From Octopus bimaculoides (Eukaryota): a stretch of DNA of 64,000 nucleotides. This document shows, piece by piece, positions 27,601 to 37,892 of this stretch. Positions within the stretch are counted from its first letter, which is position 1; each line of letters opens with the position of its first letter. The stretch is taken from contig NC_068990.1 of assembly GCF_001194135.2 (NCBI RefSeq), forward strand, positions 30,025,561-30,089,560, given 5' to 3'. The notes beneath the pieces are model-generated. The model was not told the origin of the DNA. It saw only the letters and a list, made by a program, of their open reading frames with translations, and made no database searches. A program made the position numbers and the translations under genes.

Positions 27601-30600
27601 GGGGAACAAACACATAGACAAAGACCCACACATAGCTATATACATATGTGTATGTGTGTGTGTATGTAAATATGATGGGCTTCTTTCAGTTTCCATCTAT
27701 CAAATCCACTCACATGGCTTTGGTCAGCCCATGATTAGGGTAGAAGACACTTGCTCAAAATACCGCGCACTGGGACTGATCCTGGAGCCATGTGGTAGGG
27801 GAGCAAGCTTCTTACCACACAGCCATGCATGTACCTAGATTGGTCATAATGATGCAGATACTCGTGGAAGTTTTCTTGCAAGAAATTCATGTGGAGTCAA
27901 ACTTCAGAGAATATCAAAGATACTAAGTGTGCAAGGATGCTTACATGAAGATGAAATAAAGGAATTCTTTTGAGAGCAAAGCAAAGAATGATAAAATGAG
28001 AAGTAAAACTTAGTTGACCCTTTTGATATCATCAACCCACATGAGAATGTCCCTTTTTGTATCATACAGACTTCCTGTTTGATCTAATTTGAAATTTTCC
28101 ATTCAAATTTCTCGTTAATTTCTGTTCCAGACACCAGATTAATTATGGGCAACTCATTTTATTTAATTTTTCATTATTTTCAAAATTAACTGAAACAAAA
28201 CTAACATTTTGACAAAACCATGGTAACGNNNNNNNNNNNNNNNNNNNNNNNNNNNNNNNNNNNNNNNNNNNNNNNNNNNNNNNNNNNNNNNNNNNNNNNN
28301 NNNNNNNNNNNNNNNNNNNNNNNNNNNNNNNNNNNNNNNNNNNNNNNNNNNNNNNNNNNNNNNNNNNNNNNNNNNNNNNNNNNNNNNNNNNNNNNNNNNN
28401 NNNNNNNNNNNNNNNNNNNNNNNNNNNNNNNNNNNNNNNNNNNNNNNNNNNNNNNNNNNNNNNNNNNNNNNNNNNNNNNNNNNNNNNNNNNNNNNNNNNN
28501 NNNNNNNNTGCTGTGCGGAAGAGGAAGGATATGATGATTTAGGCAGGGCCCTTCATCAAATTTAGAAAACTATTTCACTAAGAATTACCGAAGGCTAACA
28601 AGTGTCAGAGACTACAGACAAATCAGTGAATTCTGCTTATCACAAAATACTTTTTACTCCATGAACATAAACACTCCATGAACATAAACACTCCATGCAC
28701 ACAAACTAAAAAAGGCCACATATACATACAAACCATCTACTCACCATTGATCCAACACACTAAAGTTAACTGGCTCTCATTGGCTAACTCTGTCTCAGTT
28801 CTTAAGTTGTCTTAGTTGTCTATATTAGACAGTTAGTTGTATAACTCTACTTGCTGTTCGCCTCAATGTTCAAATTATCATAATTCTCTCTAAAAAGTTA
28901 CGTAGCCATCTAACCAGTGTTTGGTCTGCAATTTTGGGGCATTTTTGCACATTATATAAAATGTTTGATTTCTTTTATATAGGGTGATTGTGAGCTTGGT
29001 ATATTTCGGCCTTACTCTTTATGTTGGCAAATTATATGGCAATCTCTATATGAATTATTTTTTGACTTCGATTGTCGAGTTTCCAGCCTACATACTGAAC
29101 ATCCTTCTGTTAAATCGTGTTGGAAGAAAAAAATTGCATACTAGCATGATGGTTTTGGCTGGTGTCATTTGTATTGCTGGAATATTTCCCGTCCTGTATG
29201 GCACAAAAGGTAAACAAATCATTATTGTTGTTGTTGTTCTTGTTGTTATTATTATTATTATCATCATCATCATGAAAATTATTATTATTATTGTTGTTGT
29301 TGTTGCTGTTGTTGTTGTTGTTGTTACGAATGGGGGAAAATTACATCCTGATGATTTCACGTTCACACGACGCGAACATCGCTCTCTAGTATCAAATTTT
29401 AAAAAAGGAATAAAAAAATATTGAACACAGGAGAGTGGGGTGATATTGAGACATAGCTGGGTTTGAAACAGTGCTCTACGGGATTCATGCCAGTGGGATT
29501 TCGATTGTCTTGTCAGAATGCTCAGTTTTTTGTAATTGTAGGTACTTGATATCTCGACCTCTACGGTCACGAAGAATTTAAAACAACGACAGAATAAGCC
29601 TGTTTGTAAGATAAATAAGCACTATATTACAGGCGATATACCTGTATTTCTGGCTGCATCACCTCATATATATACAGGTAATCCTCGTGTTGTGAGGACA
29701 GAGAGAAACCAGCCGACAAGCAGGAAACACGCACATTTTACACAGTGAAAGTAGAGGGAGTTGGTGGGAGGAAGAATACAAAGCGGGAACGACAGGCGCG
29801 AACGACACAACCAGGAATGTGAACATCGCAGAGGTAAATGAAAGAACTGCCTGTTATCGAAGTCACATGTTTTCTGTAGTTTCACGTGCTGTGTGTACTG
29901 GTGCATTGTCCTGCAAAAACAAGATATTACGGCTCAGCTTTCCACGGTGTTTCTGCTTCAAATCTTCCTGCAGTTCATCCAACAGAGACATGTAGTATTC
30001 TGTATTGATAGGCGACCCTTTGGCTGGTATTTTATGAGCAGTATTCCCTTTTTGTCCCAGAACACTGAGGCCATAATTTTTCCAGCTCTGGCTCCGAAAT
30101 TTCTTGGAACACAGTGAACTTATGTGACACCAGTCCATTGATTGTTGCTTGGCCTGGAGATCATAATGATGCTAAGTTTCATCCATGGTGGCTAAACGGG
30201 CCATAAAATCAGCCTCTCTCACTGCAAACCTGTCCAAAATCGCCTTTGATGTTGTCGCTCTGATGTGCTTCTGATTTGCGTTCAGGCATTTCGGCAACCA
30301 TTTTGCATAAGCTTACTCAAGTCCAGAATGTTGTGGATAATGTGGCCACACTTTCACGTGAAATCCCCAGAATTTCAGCTATGACTTTAGCTGAAATCTG
30401 GCGGTCCTCGAGAATCATGACGTGTACAGCGTCTTTTATCTGTTTATTATCTTTTTCTTTTTCAGCCCATCGATGGATGTTAACTGCCAGTTCAATATTC
30501 GGCCGTTTGTTTATCACTTCAGCGTTTGGAATTGTGTATTTATACACTTTGGAATTGTATCCAACTTGCATAAGAAACGGGGGTTTTGTCCACCTTTGCA

Positions 30601-32605
30601 CGTTTTGGCGGCAGTGTGGCACCTTACACTCTCAATCTTGTAAGTATTCAGACACGGTATTTGTTTTGTTGTTCGCCCTTTTTGTTAGTCCACCCATCGT
30701 GGGACCAGCACAACTAGTAAAGAGACAGAGCTAGGCTTATCTTTCTATAACAACATACGAATAAGGAAATAGTATCCATCAGACCAGGCACAATGGCTAT
30801 AAACCTTTTGTTACCGTATTTGGGATGAAATACACTGTATTTGTTTCAAAAAATTTAGTAAAATAGCTGAGCCTTTCGTTACTACATTTCTGAAACAAAC
30901 AGCCTATGTTTTAATTAATTTTGAAATAACGAAGAATTTAGTGAAATAACTTAGTCATTATTAAGCTACTACTTCAGGTGGTGAGCTGGAAGAATCATTA
31001 ACAAACTGGAACGAATGCTTAGCAGCATTTTGTCCGTCTTTACATTGAGTTGAAATTCCACTGAGGTCAACTTTGCCTTTTATCCCTTTGGGATCGATAA
31101 AATAAGTACCAGTTAGATATTGGGGTTGATGTAGTTGACCTACCCCAACTTCCCCCGAAATTTCTGGCCTTGTACCAAAATTTGAAACCATTATTAAGCT
31201 ACTGCTTGGAACCTAAAACTGATATGCAATTTTCATGATCACCGTAAAACACAAAGTTTGTTTCATAGGACCAGTTATGGTCTGCAGCAAGTTGGTATCA
31301 AAACGATTTATTTTCAAAATATATTAATCAGCGAAGAATACAAGTTGTCCATTTTCTTTTAATGCCATCTCCCAAATGGGTAAAACTGCAGTTGGTGCCC
31401 GACTTGGATATGTTTTGGCTCAATATCCGGAATAGGGGTTACACAGTCAGTGAATCAAAATGGAAAACGTTGTAGCATTGGAAACGAAAGAAGAAAGAAG
31501 ACACAGTATTTCTGTAGACTAATCTATTATCTTTTGNNNNNNNNNNNNNNNNNNNNNNNNNNNNNNNNNNNNNNNNNNNNNNNNNNNNNNNNNNNNNNNN
31601 NNNNNNNNNNNNNNNNNNNNNNNNNNNNNNNNNNNNNNNNNNNNNNNNNNNNNNNNNNNNNNNNNNNNNNNNNNNNNNNNNNNNNNNNNNNNNNNNNNNN
31701 NNNNNNNNNNNNNNNNNNNNNNNNNNNNNNNNNNNNNNNNNNNNNNNNNNNNNNNNNNNNNNNNNNNNNNNNNNNNNNNNNNNNNNNNNNNNNNNNNNNN
31801 NNNNNNNNNNNNNNNNNNNNNNNNNNNNNNNNNNNNNNNNNNNNNNNNNNNTTCAAAAGAATCAATAATTTTTAATCAGCATTGATTTTTCAAAAATCAA
31901 TAGGACATTTCAATGCAAATTCTTACATGAATGTTATTTTCTACCGGAAGTTTTAAACTTTTCAACTGATTTTCTTGAAATTTTATACACAGATGGAATA
32001 TGCGCTATGCATGGGTTGAGATATTTACCTAGGCTACTCAAGCAAAGTGCAAGATGATTTTTGATTAACTGATTAACGAAATTTGGCCTTAATTGTTGTG
32101 GGGTTAAAATGTTCATCAATTATTTCAGCATTCTCAGGTTGCTGTAACATGTATTTTCTTAACACCTGCACAAATTATCGATTCTAAACGTTGCAATCGA
32201 TATTTGATTCTCACGATCAGTGGGAAACACAGTCGTCAAATTAAGTGCTTTTTCTCTAAATAATTTTTCGTTTACTTTTCAAACTTTTAAGTTGTTGTTT
32301 TTTCATAGCACTCCTTTACACTTCCTATTTTGATGTTTCCATTGATTATATATTTGCAGCTTTCCACTCATCTGACCAAACGATCGTCATTTTCCGATTC
32401 CGCACGCATCTCTTTGTTTTATTGTTTCGTGAATGAATACGCTTATGCCTTCTATTATCTGTCCTATGTCTTGACTTTATTTTTCATCTGAGAGAAATTA
32501 GGTATTGTAATGGGTACTGGGAATACCCCCGCTCCCAGGTATTACCGGGTACCTCAGCNNNNNNNNNNNNNNNNNNNNNNNNNNNNNNNNNNNNNNNNNN
32601 NNNNN

Positions 32606-32637
<32 letters not shown>

Positions 32638-33765
32638 GTCTGCTGAAATTACCACAGGATGGTCATGGTGGGAACAACTTTGACCATAAGTATGCTTGTT
32701 CAGTAATGATCTGGGTCTAATCAACAGCGACAAAATGAACAAAACATATTTTTAAATTGCTGTTTCTTTTTCTGTTTTTTTTTTTTTCAGTCAGATTTGG
32801 TTTCTGGCAAGGTTGGTCGAATAATGCCGATGGTTCTTATGGGAGCACTTTCCATAATCGCGGGGCTATTGACATTGTTGTTACCTGAAACAAACAACCG
32901 GAAAATGATGGATAACTTCAATGATTTGACTAAATCTGGACAGCTGGAGTTAGTGTAGGTGTCACTCATATGATTTAAACATCATGCTCACCATTATCAT
33001 TGTTAGCATTATCATCATCATAATCATCACTATCAACAACATAGTAATTATCATCATTATCATCATCATTATCACCATCATCATCATTATGAACCAAGAA
33101 GCAAGCCTTTAATCGATCATTCGACTTGCTAGAAATTAAACCCAGTCATCTTAAAGAAAAAGGAAGGACACATTGAATATTGAGTGACCATGGTCAGAAA
33201 ACAAAACAGGTTGTTTAAGGCTGGAATGCTTTTGACCCTAGGTTTCCTCAGTCAGAAATAATCAGGGTCACTTGGTGGCAGTTTTTTGTTTGAGTAAGGG
33301 TCCGATCTCATGTCCATTGTGGAACTCTTCGACTTTGGTAACTCTGATGCCGTTAGAATTTCTCTTGTTGTGTTGTAAGTCAATGGCCACTGAGAGAAAG
33401 TGTTAGAAGAACAATGTCCTGGAGAGGAAAGATTAACTGTTGTGGTTAGCAGTGCTGTAGCATGGGCAAGACCAAAGGACAGTTGCTCTGGACTCAAAAT
33501 TCTTAGAGGTACAAGATTCCAAAAGAAAACTTAAATGAAATGGTTGTATGGTAGGAAGTCTGCTTCCCAAGCACATGGTTCCAAGTTCAGTGCCACTGCA
33601 TGACACATTGAGAAAGTGTTTTCTGTTATAGCCTCAGGCCAACCAAAGTCTTATAAGTGGATTTGGTAGATGGAAACTGTATGAAGCCTGTTGTATGTAT
33701 GTACATATAGATAGATATAGATATAGTACATTTTTGTTGATTCTACTTCTATTGGATCTACAATC

Positions 33766-33803
<38 letters not shown>

Positions 33804-34527
33804 CGCGTATGTATGTATATAAATATGTATATATGCATGAATGTATTTATGTATTTGTCCCCCCTCCCCCTGCTTGACAACCAGCATTGGTGTGTATATA
33901 GTCCCATAGCTTAGTGGTTCAGCAAAAGGGCACCAACAGAATATGTAGCAGACTGTAAAAATTCTTTTAGGCAGTGCTCCAGTATGGCCACAGTCTCATG
34001 CTAGAAACAAGTAAAAAATAACCGATAAAAAATTTAAAATAACCCATTTTCCTCACTTACTCAGAATTTGATTGATTTGCCCCCCTTTATTGGCTGCCGT
34101 TGCAATGCCACTGGTGTTTAATGCAGGGCAATGAAGGGTGGACACTGTAGGAGTGAAAAGAGGAGGGGAAAACGAGTGTGTCAGTGATACCTGAATGGAT
34201 ATGAGCTGAAACTAGCTAACTCCCAGGAGCAACAGCAGTGGAAGGGAAGGTTTGCACAAATAACATCATTGATTTAATAAGAATCTTAATCATCATCATC
34301 ATCATCATCACTAGCCGTAGCAATATCGTCCTCCTCCTCATCATCACCATCATCACTATTATCATCATATTTCAAATATTAAACATTATGTTGCTAAATG
34401 TCTGATTGGCTCTTACCTCTTTTTCTTCCTTTCTCTTTTCCCTTCCAGTACTAAAAAGGATGCAATTCTAAAGGAAGAAACTCACCCTATGAAACCGAGA
34501 CAACCTGAAGAGGATATTAAATTTTAA
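5455..34527 (+). CDS. SLC22: SLC22-family (organic cation/carnitine transporter-like, MFS) gene, 10 coding exons, frameshift in exon 8
   Basis: Exons 5455-5597, 14008-14230, 15825-15928, 19881-20035, 26066-26237, 27175-27387, 28983-29209, 30466-30639, 32791-32948, 34449-34527; all GT-AG with matching phases except at the exon-8 lesion. Motifs: four loop cysteines, SDRFGRK, ESPRWL, NRVGRK, ELYPT, LPET. Sum is 1648 nt; 1656 nt (551 aa) if 8 nt are restored. Orthology to a specific SLC22A member is not determinable. Confidence 0.93.
6470..6670 (-). mobile_element. Decayed tRNA-derived SINE
   Basis: Minus-strand head GTAGCCTAATGGTT (A-box-like) and a gttactccagtttcctcagttg core similar to the 7313 copy. 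Confidence 0.55.
7313..7625 (+). mobile_element. tRNA-derived SINE, second family
   Basis: GGCTTAGTGG A-box-like, GAGTTCAATTCC B-box, core gttgctccagtccactcag shared with a decayed copy at about 44430-44620. Confidence 0.75.
7760..7968 (-). mobile_element. tRNA-derived SINE, well-preserved copy
   Basis: Matches the copies at 700-868 and 30977-31189; B-box GAGTTCAAATT. Confidence 0.85.
8167..8446. repeat. Fold-back (inverted-repeat) element, MITE-like
   Basis: Arms 8167-8303 and 8339-8446 are reverse complements (gaaaatgcctgag...aaactccg / cggagttt...ctcaggcattttc). Confidence 0.85.
11494..11556 (+). ncRNA. Minimal type-I hammerhead ribozyme motif, near intact
   Basis: TAATAA-CTGACGA-GATG..CATC-C-GAAA-CTC-G-GAG-T-T-TTATTA: helix I 6 bp, exact core, helix II, quasi-palindromic helix III, GUU triplet. 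Confidence 0.7.
12035..12075 (+). ncRNA. Hammerhead-like motif, degenerate
   Basis: GTTA-CTGAAGA-G-ATTGC-aagagt-GCAAT-GAAA-TAATT-TAAC; C11.1 is missing. Confidence 0.5.
12420..12457 (+). ncRNA. Hammerhead-like motif (U4C core variant)
   Basis: TTGT-CCGACGA-ATG-ggaa-CGT-GAAAC-TGTGA-GTA-ACGG. Confidence 0.45.
14008..14230 (+). CDS. SLC22: SLC22 exon 2, large extracellular loop ([11 protein letters not shown]...[18 protein letters not shown])
   Basis: ttcctag acceptor, GAG|GTAAGG donor, 223 nt, phase 2 to 0. Confidence 0.93.
14341..14378 (+). ncRNA. Hammerhead-like motif, paralog of 12420
   Basis: CTGC-CCGACGA-AAAGGAACAT-GAAAC-TCTGA-GTA-ACAG; downstream flank is also homologous to 12458-12500. 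Confidence 0.4.
15825..15928 (+). CDS. SLC22: SLC22 exon 3 (LNLVCDK...GILSDR)
   Basis: ttgcag acceptor, AG|GTAAGT donor, 104 nt, phase 0 to 2. Confidence 0.93.
17557..17716 (-). mobile_element. tRNA-derived SINE, third family
   Basis: Head GTGGCTGTGTGGTAAGAAGCTT; homologous copies at 27675-27833 (-), 33540-33690 (+), 26965-27060 (+, partial) and 9523-9570 (-, deleted). Confidence 0.8.
17826..18259. repeat. Long fold-back element, arms about 200 bp, 20-nt loop
   Basis: 17826-18027 is the approximate reverse complement of 18048-18259 (gtcaatgcattacggccgtttcaagcgg / ccgcttgaaacggccgtaatgcattgac). Confidence 0.9.
18385..18427 (-). ncRNA. Degenerate hammerhead motif at the end of a probable Penelope-like 3' fragment (about 18430-18800)
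   Basis: CAGT-CGGACGA-T-GGCT..GGTC-GAAA-CTTCGAAA-TC-ACTG. Confidence 0.5.
19310..19680 (-). mobile_element. mariner transposase N-terminal (HTH) fragment
   Basis: Degenerate [17 protein letters not shown]...[18 protein letters not shown]. Confidence 0.7.
19881..20035 (+). CDS. SLC22: SLC22 exon 4 (FGRKKVII...[19 protein letters not shown])
   Basis: tttttcag acceptor, G|GTAAGC donor, 155 nt, phase 2 to 1. Confidence 0.93.
20170..21038 (+). mobile_element. Internally deleted mariner element
   Basis: [48 protein letters not shown]-like region, QGDYFEG; right TIR ...ttttcataccacctcg|TA. Confidence 0.88.
21290..21375 (-). mobile_element. tRNA-like SINE head
   Basis: Minus strand TGGCCAATAGG (A-box-like) and GAGTTCAATTCT (B-box-like). 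Confidence 0.5.
21968..22003 (-). ncRNA. Degenerate hammerhead-like motif
   Basis: CTTT-CGGCTGA-A-GAGC-gtag-GCTC-GAAAC-TT-AAAAG; helix III has collapsed. Confidence 0.35.
22016..22360. repeat. Inverted repeat, arms about 136 bp, spacer about 73 nt
   Basis: 22016-22151 pairs with 22225-22360 (acaagagttaaggaatgg / ccattccttaactcttgt; caggctactcgtcagg / cctgacgagtagcctg). Confidence 0.88.
23365..24387 (-). mobile_element. Penelope-like element reverse transcriptase fragment
   Basis: [55 protein letters not shown]. Confidence 0.9.
24620..25310 (+). mobile_element. RTE-clade LINE 3' fragment with an internal Cys-rich (PHD-like) segment
   Basis: [50 protein letters not shown]. Confidence 0.82.
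25783..25830 (+). ncRNA. Degenerate hammerhead motif with a perfect palindromic helix III
   Basis: GTCT-CCAATGA-AGGGAT..ATCCTG-GAAA-CAGCTG-TA-AGAC. Confidence 0.45.
26066..26237 (+). CDS. SLC22: SLC22 exon 5 ([11 protein letters not shown]...LGTAYIW)
   Basis: ttctag acceptor, TG|GTAGGT donor, 172 nt, phase 1 to 2. Confidence 0.92.
27175..27387 (+). CDS. SLC22: SLC22 exon 6, central cytoplasmic loop ([10 protein letters not shown]...RTLILMLNW)
   Basis: Acceptor tttgcaag (AAG), TG|GTGAGT donor, 213 nt, phase 2 to 2. Confidence 0.9.
28983..29209 (+). CDS. SLC22: SLC22 exon 7 ([10 protein letters not shown]...NLYMNYF...VEFPAY...NRVGRK...YGTK)
   Basis: ttatatag acceptor, G|GTAAAC donor, 227 nt, phase 2 to 1. 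Confidence 0.93.
29865..30445 (-). mobile_element. mariner transposase fragment abutting the exon-8 acceptor
   Basis: [32 protein letters not shown] (first D), [19 protein letters not shown] (second D). Confidence 0.88.
30466..30639 (+). CDS. SLC22: SLC22 exon 8 with internal frameshift (AHRWML...ELYPTCIRN / [20 protein letters not shown])
   Basis: tttttcag acceptor, CTT|GTAAGT donor. The family-like TM11 sequence is in a shifted frame after AAC at 30578. Confidence 0.88.
30977..31189 (+). mobile_element. tRNA-derived SINE, same family as 7760-7968
   Basis: GGTGGTGAGCTGG head to ggccttgtaccaaaatttgaaacc tail. Further decayed copies near 6690-6915, 37818-37890, 43900-44040, 60280-60580, 61490-61680. 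Confidence 0.8.
32791..32948 (+). CDS. SLC22: SLC22 exon 9 ([18 protein letters not shown]...LPETNNRKM...KSGQL)
   Basis: Long poly-T tract then cag|tcag tandem acceptors; phase-2 donor GA|GTTAGT at 32949. Without splicing the frame ends at TAG 32956-32958. Confidence 0.9.
34449..34527 (+). CDS. SLC22: SLC22 terminal coding exon, copy A ([25 protein letters not shown])
   Basis: Strong pyrimidine tract ending ccttccag; phase 2 matches the exon-9 donor; charged C-terminal tail then TAA. Confidence 0.75.
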
Positions 34528-34789
34528 TGTACGTACGTATGTATATACTTAAGTGTGTATGTATGTATGTATGTATGTATTATGTATGTATGTATCTGCG
34601 TACGTGTGTGTATGTGTGTGTATGTATGTACGTATGTGTGTATGTGAGCACACACACACACACAGTTAGACAAACAGACAGGCAGACAGGCAAACAGACA
34701 GACAGATAGATGATTGTAAAAGTGAACACAAGAAATGATACTAATGCACTATAGGATTCTAAAGGCATATGCTTATATGTGTGTGAGCG

Positions 34790-35520
34790 TGTTTTTTCTA
34801 TCCCATCCACCCCTTCTCCACTTCAGTCTGTTGTTACCATTCCTCCAGATCTTCCTCTCTCTGAGACGGAGCACTCCCTCCTCAGTAGGGGTCTGCGCTT
34901 CATCCCTCTCACTCCATCCAGCAATGAATTTCGGACTCGTGCCGATATCCACAGCTTTGTGTGCCGTGTTAGGTTGTGTGCGCTTTTCCACGACACTCCA
35001 CCTGCATCTAATGAAGAGTACTGCTTCACCGACCTGGGCCGCCAACCATCCCAGTGGACGCCAGCTCCTGGCCAATTCCAAGCAGTCGATCTTTTTGCGG
35101 GCGCCTGCCAGCGCGCTGTGGACCGGTTTAATTTTTCCCTGTCATCTGAACATCTCCCCAGCCAAACTCTCGGCCCTTCGAAACCTCCGACGCCGCACTG
35201 ACATCATCATACAACTGGCCGACAAAGGTGGAGCCGTGGTGGTATGGCGTAGACCTCTACAAGGTGGAAGCTCTCCGCCAACTTCAAGGCAACTTCTACT
35301 GCCCTACTGCCCTCTGCCCTCACGCCCAGCTACGAAGAGACTTTGTCCTCCACTATCCCTGACCTCATCTCCTCCTCCCGTCTCCTCCTACCGCTTCCAA
35401 CCTCATTGTTCGCACCCCTCGCACCACCACAATTTACTTCCTCCCCAAAATCCACAAACCTAACAACCCTGGCCCCTCCATCGTCTCCGCCTGCAACAGC
35501 TCCACCGAAATCATCTCCTC
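34790..35520 (+). mobile_element. Penelope-like element fragment (pre-RT region and start of RT)
   Basis: SLLSRGLRFIP, IIIQLADKGGAVVVW, IYFLPKIHKP, IVSA. Confidence 0.85.
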
Positions 35521-35625
35521 CTCATCATCATCACTATTATCATCATATTTCAAATATTAAACATTATTTTTCTAAATGTCTGATTGGCTCTTTCCTCTTT
35601 TCCTTTCTTTCTTTTTCCCTTCCAG

Positions 35626-35704
35626 TACTAAAAAGGATGCAATTCTAAAGGAAGAAACTCACCCTATGAAACCGAGACAACCTGAAGAGGATATAAACTC
35701 TTAA
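35626..35704 (+). CDS. SLC22: SLC22 terminal coding exon, duplicated copy B (...PEEDINS*)
   Basis: Near-identical acceptor and coding sequence to 34449-34527; differs in the last codons. Confidence 0.55.
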
Positions 35705-35887
35705 TGTACGTATGTATGTATATACTTATGCATGTATGTATGTATATATGTATGTATGTGAGCACACGCACACAGATGGACAGAAAGACTGACTGACTGA
35801 TAGATAGATAGATAGACAGATGGATAGATCATAAAAGTAAACACAAGAAATGATACTAATGTACTACAGGATTGTAAAGGCATATGC

Positions 35888-35926
<39 letters not shown>

Positions 35927-35983
35927 TATATATGTATGTGTGTGTGTGCTTGTATACACACACACACACACACACATATATAT

Positions 35984-36211
35984 AAGAATCAAATTTAGGC
36001 AAATCAGGTTCACATATTCATTTATATTTCTTCAGCCCCAGACCTAACTTGCATGAATTTCTCCAAAAGTATTACTCTATATATTATATCTATATATTTT
36101 TGATGTGTTTGATGTATTGAATATACTTTTGGAGAAATTTGTGCATGCTGGGTCTAGGACTGAATAAATATCAATGAATATGTGAACTTGATTTGCCTAG
36201 ATTTGTTTCTT
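35984..36211. repeat. Fold-back element, arms about 89 bp
   Basis: 35984-36072 pairs with 36123-36211 (ttcacatattcatt / aatgaatatgtgaa; aatttctccaaaagtat / atacttttggagaaatt). Confidence 0.85.
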
Positions 36212-36319
36212 ACTTCTACATTATTCTAACGCCAATGGTTTGAATATCTTGAGCACTTCAAAGTGAAGTTTATGCATAGGAGAAAATCTTTTTCCTTATA
36301 ATCATATATATATATAAGA

Positions 36320-37380
36320 CAAATAGTGCCACAGAGTACTGTCTTGAGACCACTGCTTTTCATAATGGCCCTCTCAAATATGCCCTCAGCTGCCTGGATA
36401 GCCACCCTTGATAGCTACGCAGAAGATACGAATGTCTCGCAGGAAATACAGATCCCCAGCAATGTTGCACACATTTAGCAAGAGTTGGACTCAATTTACA
36501 GATGGGCTGAGGACAATAATATGCAATTCAATGCTGAAAAATCACAAGCCCTGCGCTACCAGCGTCCAAAACTGAATATAAAACTTACAAGGTACACTAG
36601 TCCACAGGGGATCTCAATCCCAAAGCCTAAATCAGTGAGGGACCTGAGTATCGACANNNNNNNNNNGGTACACTAGTCCACAGGGGATCTCAATCCCAAA
36701 GCCTAAATCAGTGAGGGACCTGAGTATCGACATTTTCAGGATGGCGACAAAGAGCAGACAACAGGCTGGATGGATCCTGAGAGCATTCAGAACCAGAGAG
36801 AAGGAAACCATGATGGACCTCTGGAGGATATTCGTCCTCAGCTGCCTGGACTATTGCTCCCAGCTATGGTCACCCAACAGTGTAAAATTAACGGCAGACC
36901 TTGAAGCAATCCAGCAAAGCTTCACAAAGAAGATCGTCTCTTTGCAACAACTCAGCTATTGGGAAAGGCTGAAAGAGCTAAGAGTTTACTCCCTGGAGCA
37001 AAGGTGGGAGAGATATGCAGTAATATACATCTGGAAGATTCTGGAAGGAATTGTGCCAAATTTTGGCATTGAAAGCTACACCAATACCAGAAAGACTCAA
37101 CTCTGCATAGTGCCAAAGATTGTAGTAATGCCGTCGCACTTCAGGACCATTTACTGCAACAGCCTGAGTTTCAGGGGCCCACAGCTCTTTAATATTCTCC
37201 CAAAGAGCCTGAGGGACCTACACAAAGTAGATGTAGGTGTTTTTAAATCAAAACTGGACCTCTTCCTGTTGAGAGTCTGAGATGAACCTACCTCACGGCA
37301 AGAGGTGCAAATGAGGCTAGTGACTTCAAACTCCTATATTCACCAAATGCCACATATCAGAGGAGTCTTTCAATAACAAC
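36320..37380 (+). mobile_element. CR1-group LINE, 5'-truncated RT C-terminus and 3' end
   Basis: VPQSTVLRPLLF, SYAEDT (YADD-like), RWAEDNNMQFNAEK, LDYCSQLWSP, YWERLKELRVYSLEQR, LDLFL. Confidence 0.88.
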
Positions 37381-37474
37381 AGTTTAGCAAAACGGTGGTG
37401 ACCCAGCATAGCCGCAGCATTTGGCTGAAACTGATAAAAAAATATGTATGTATGTATATGGCGCTCTTAGAGAC

Positions 37475-37815
37475 TGAGAATAAAATCAGACTCTCCCATG
37501 CAAAAGGAAAAGAAGAGAGAAGCCAGGGCGGTGGAAAATATAAAAAGCAGCCCTAAAGCTTTCTACAAGTTCGCAAAAGAGTCTGCTTCAGTACGATACA
37601 GGATAGGGCCACTGTTTGATGAAAAGGGCTCACTAACTGCAAACCCCAAGAAGATAAATGAATCACTAATTAAAACAATTCCAAAGTGTTTTCACCTCCC
37701 CACTAGAAAACATGAAAATAAGCAGACTTAATGAGTTCTTCAACACCTCTAACCTACAAGAGAAAAAGGCGACCATCAATTACATTGACATTACAGAAGA
37801 GGATGTATTGAAGGC
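37475..37815 (+). mobile_element. CR1-group LINE fragment from upstream of RT
   Basis: AVENIKSSPKAFYKFAK...IGPL...YIDITEEDVLKA. Confidence 0.75.
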
Positions 37816-37892
37816 AGTGAGCTGGCAGAAACGCTAGGACGCTGGGCAAAATGCTTAGCGGTATTTCGTCTGTCTTTATGTTCCGAGTAACT

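Larger units (their letters stand above)
34331..35891 (+). repeat. Tandem segmental duplication (34331-34776 and 35515-35891) containing the terminal exon
   Basis: Collinear identity from ctcctcctcatcatc through the exon to aaaggcatatgctta in both copies. Confidence 0.9.

Noticed and set aside
36591-36732. Exact 66-bp direct repeat on both sides of a 10-N gap
   Set aside because: Typical unmerged contig overlap; assembly artefact.
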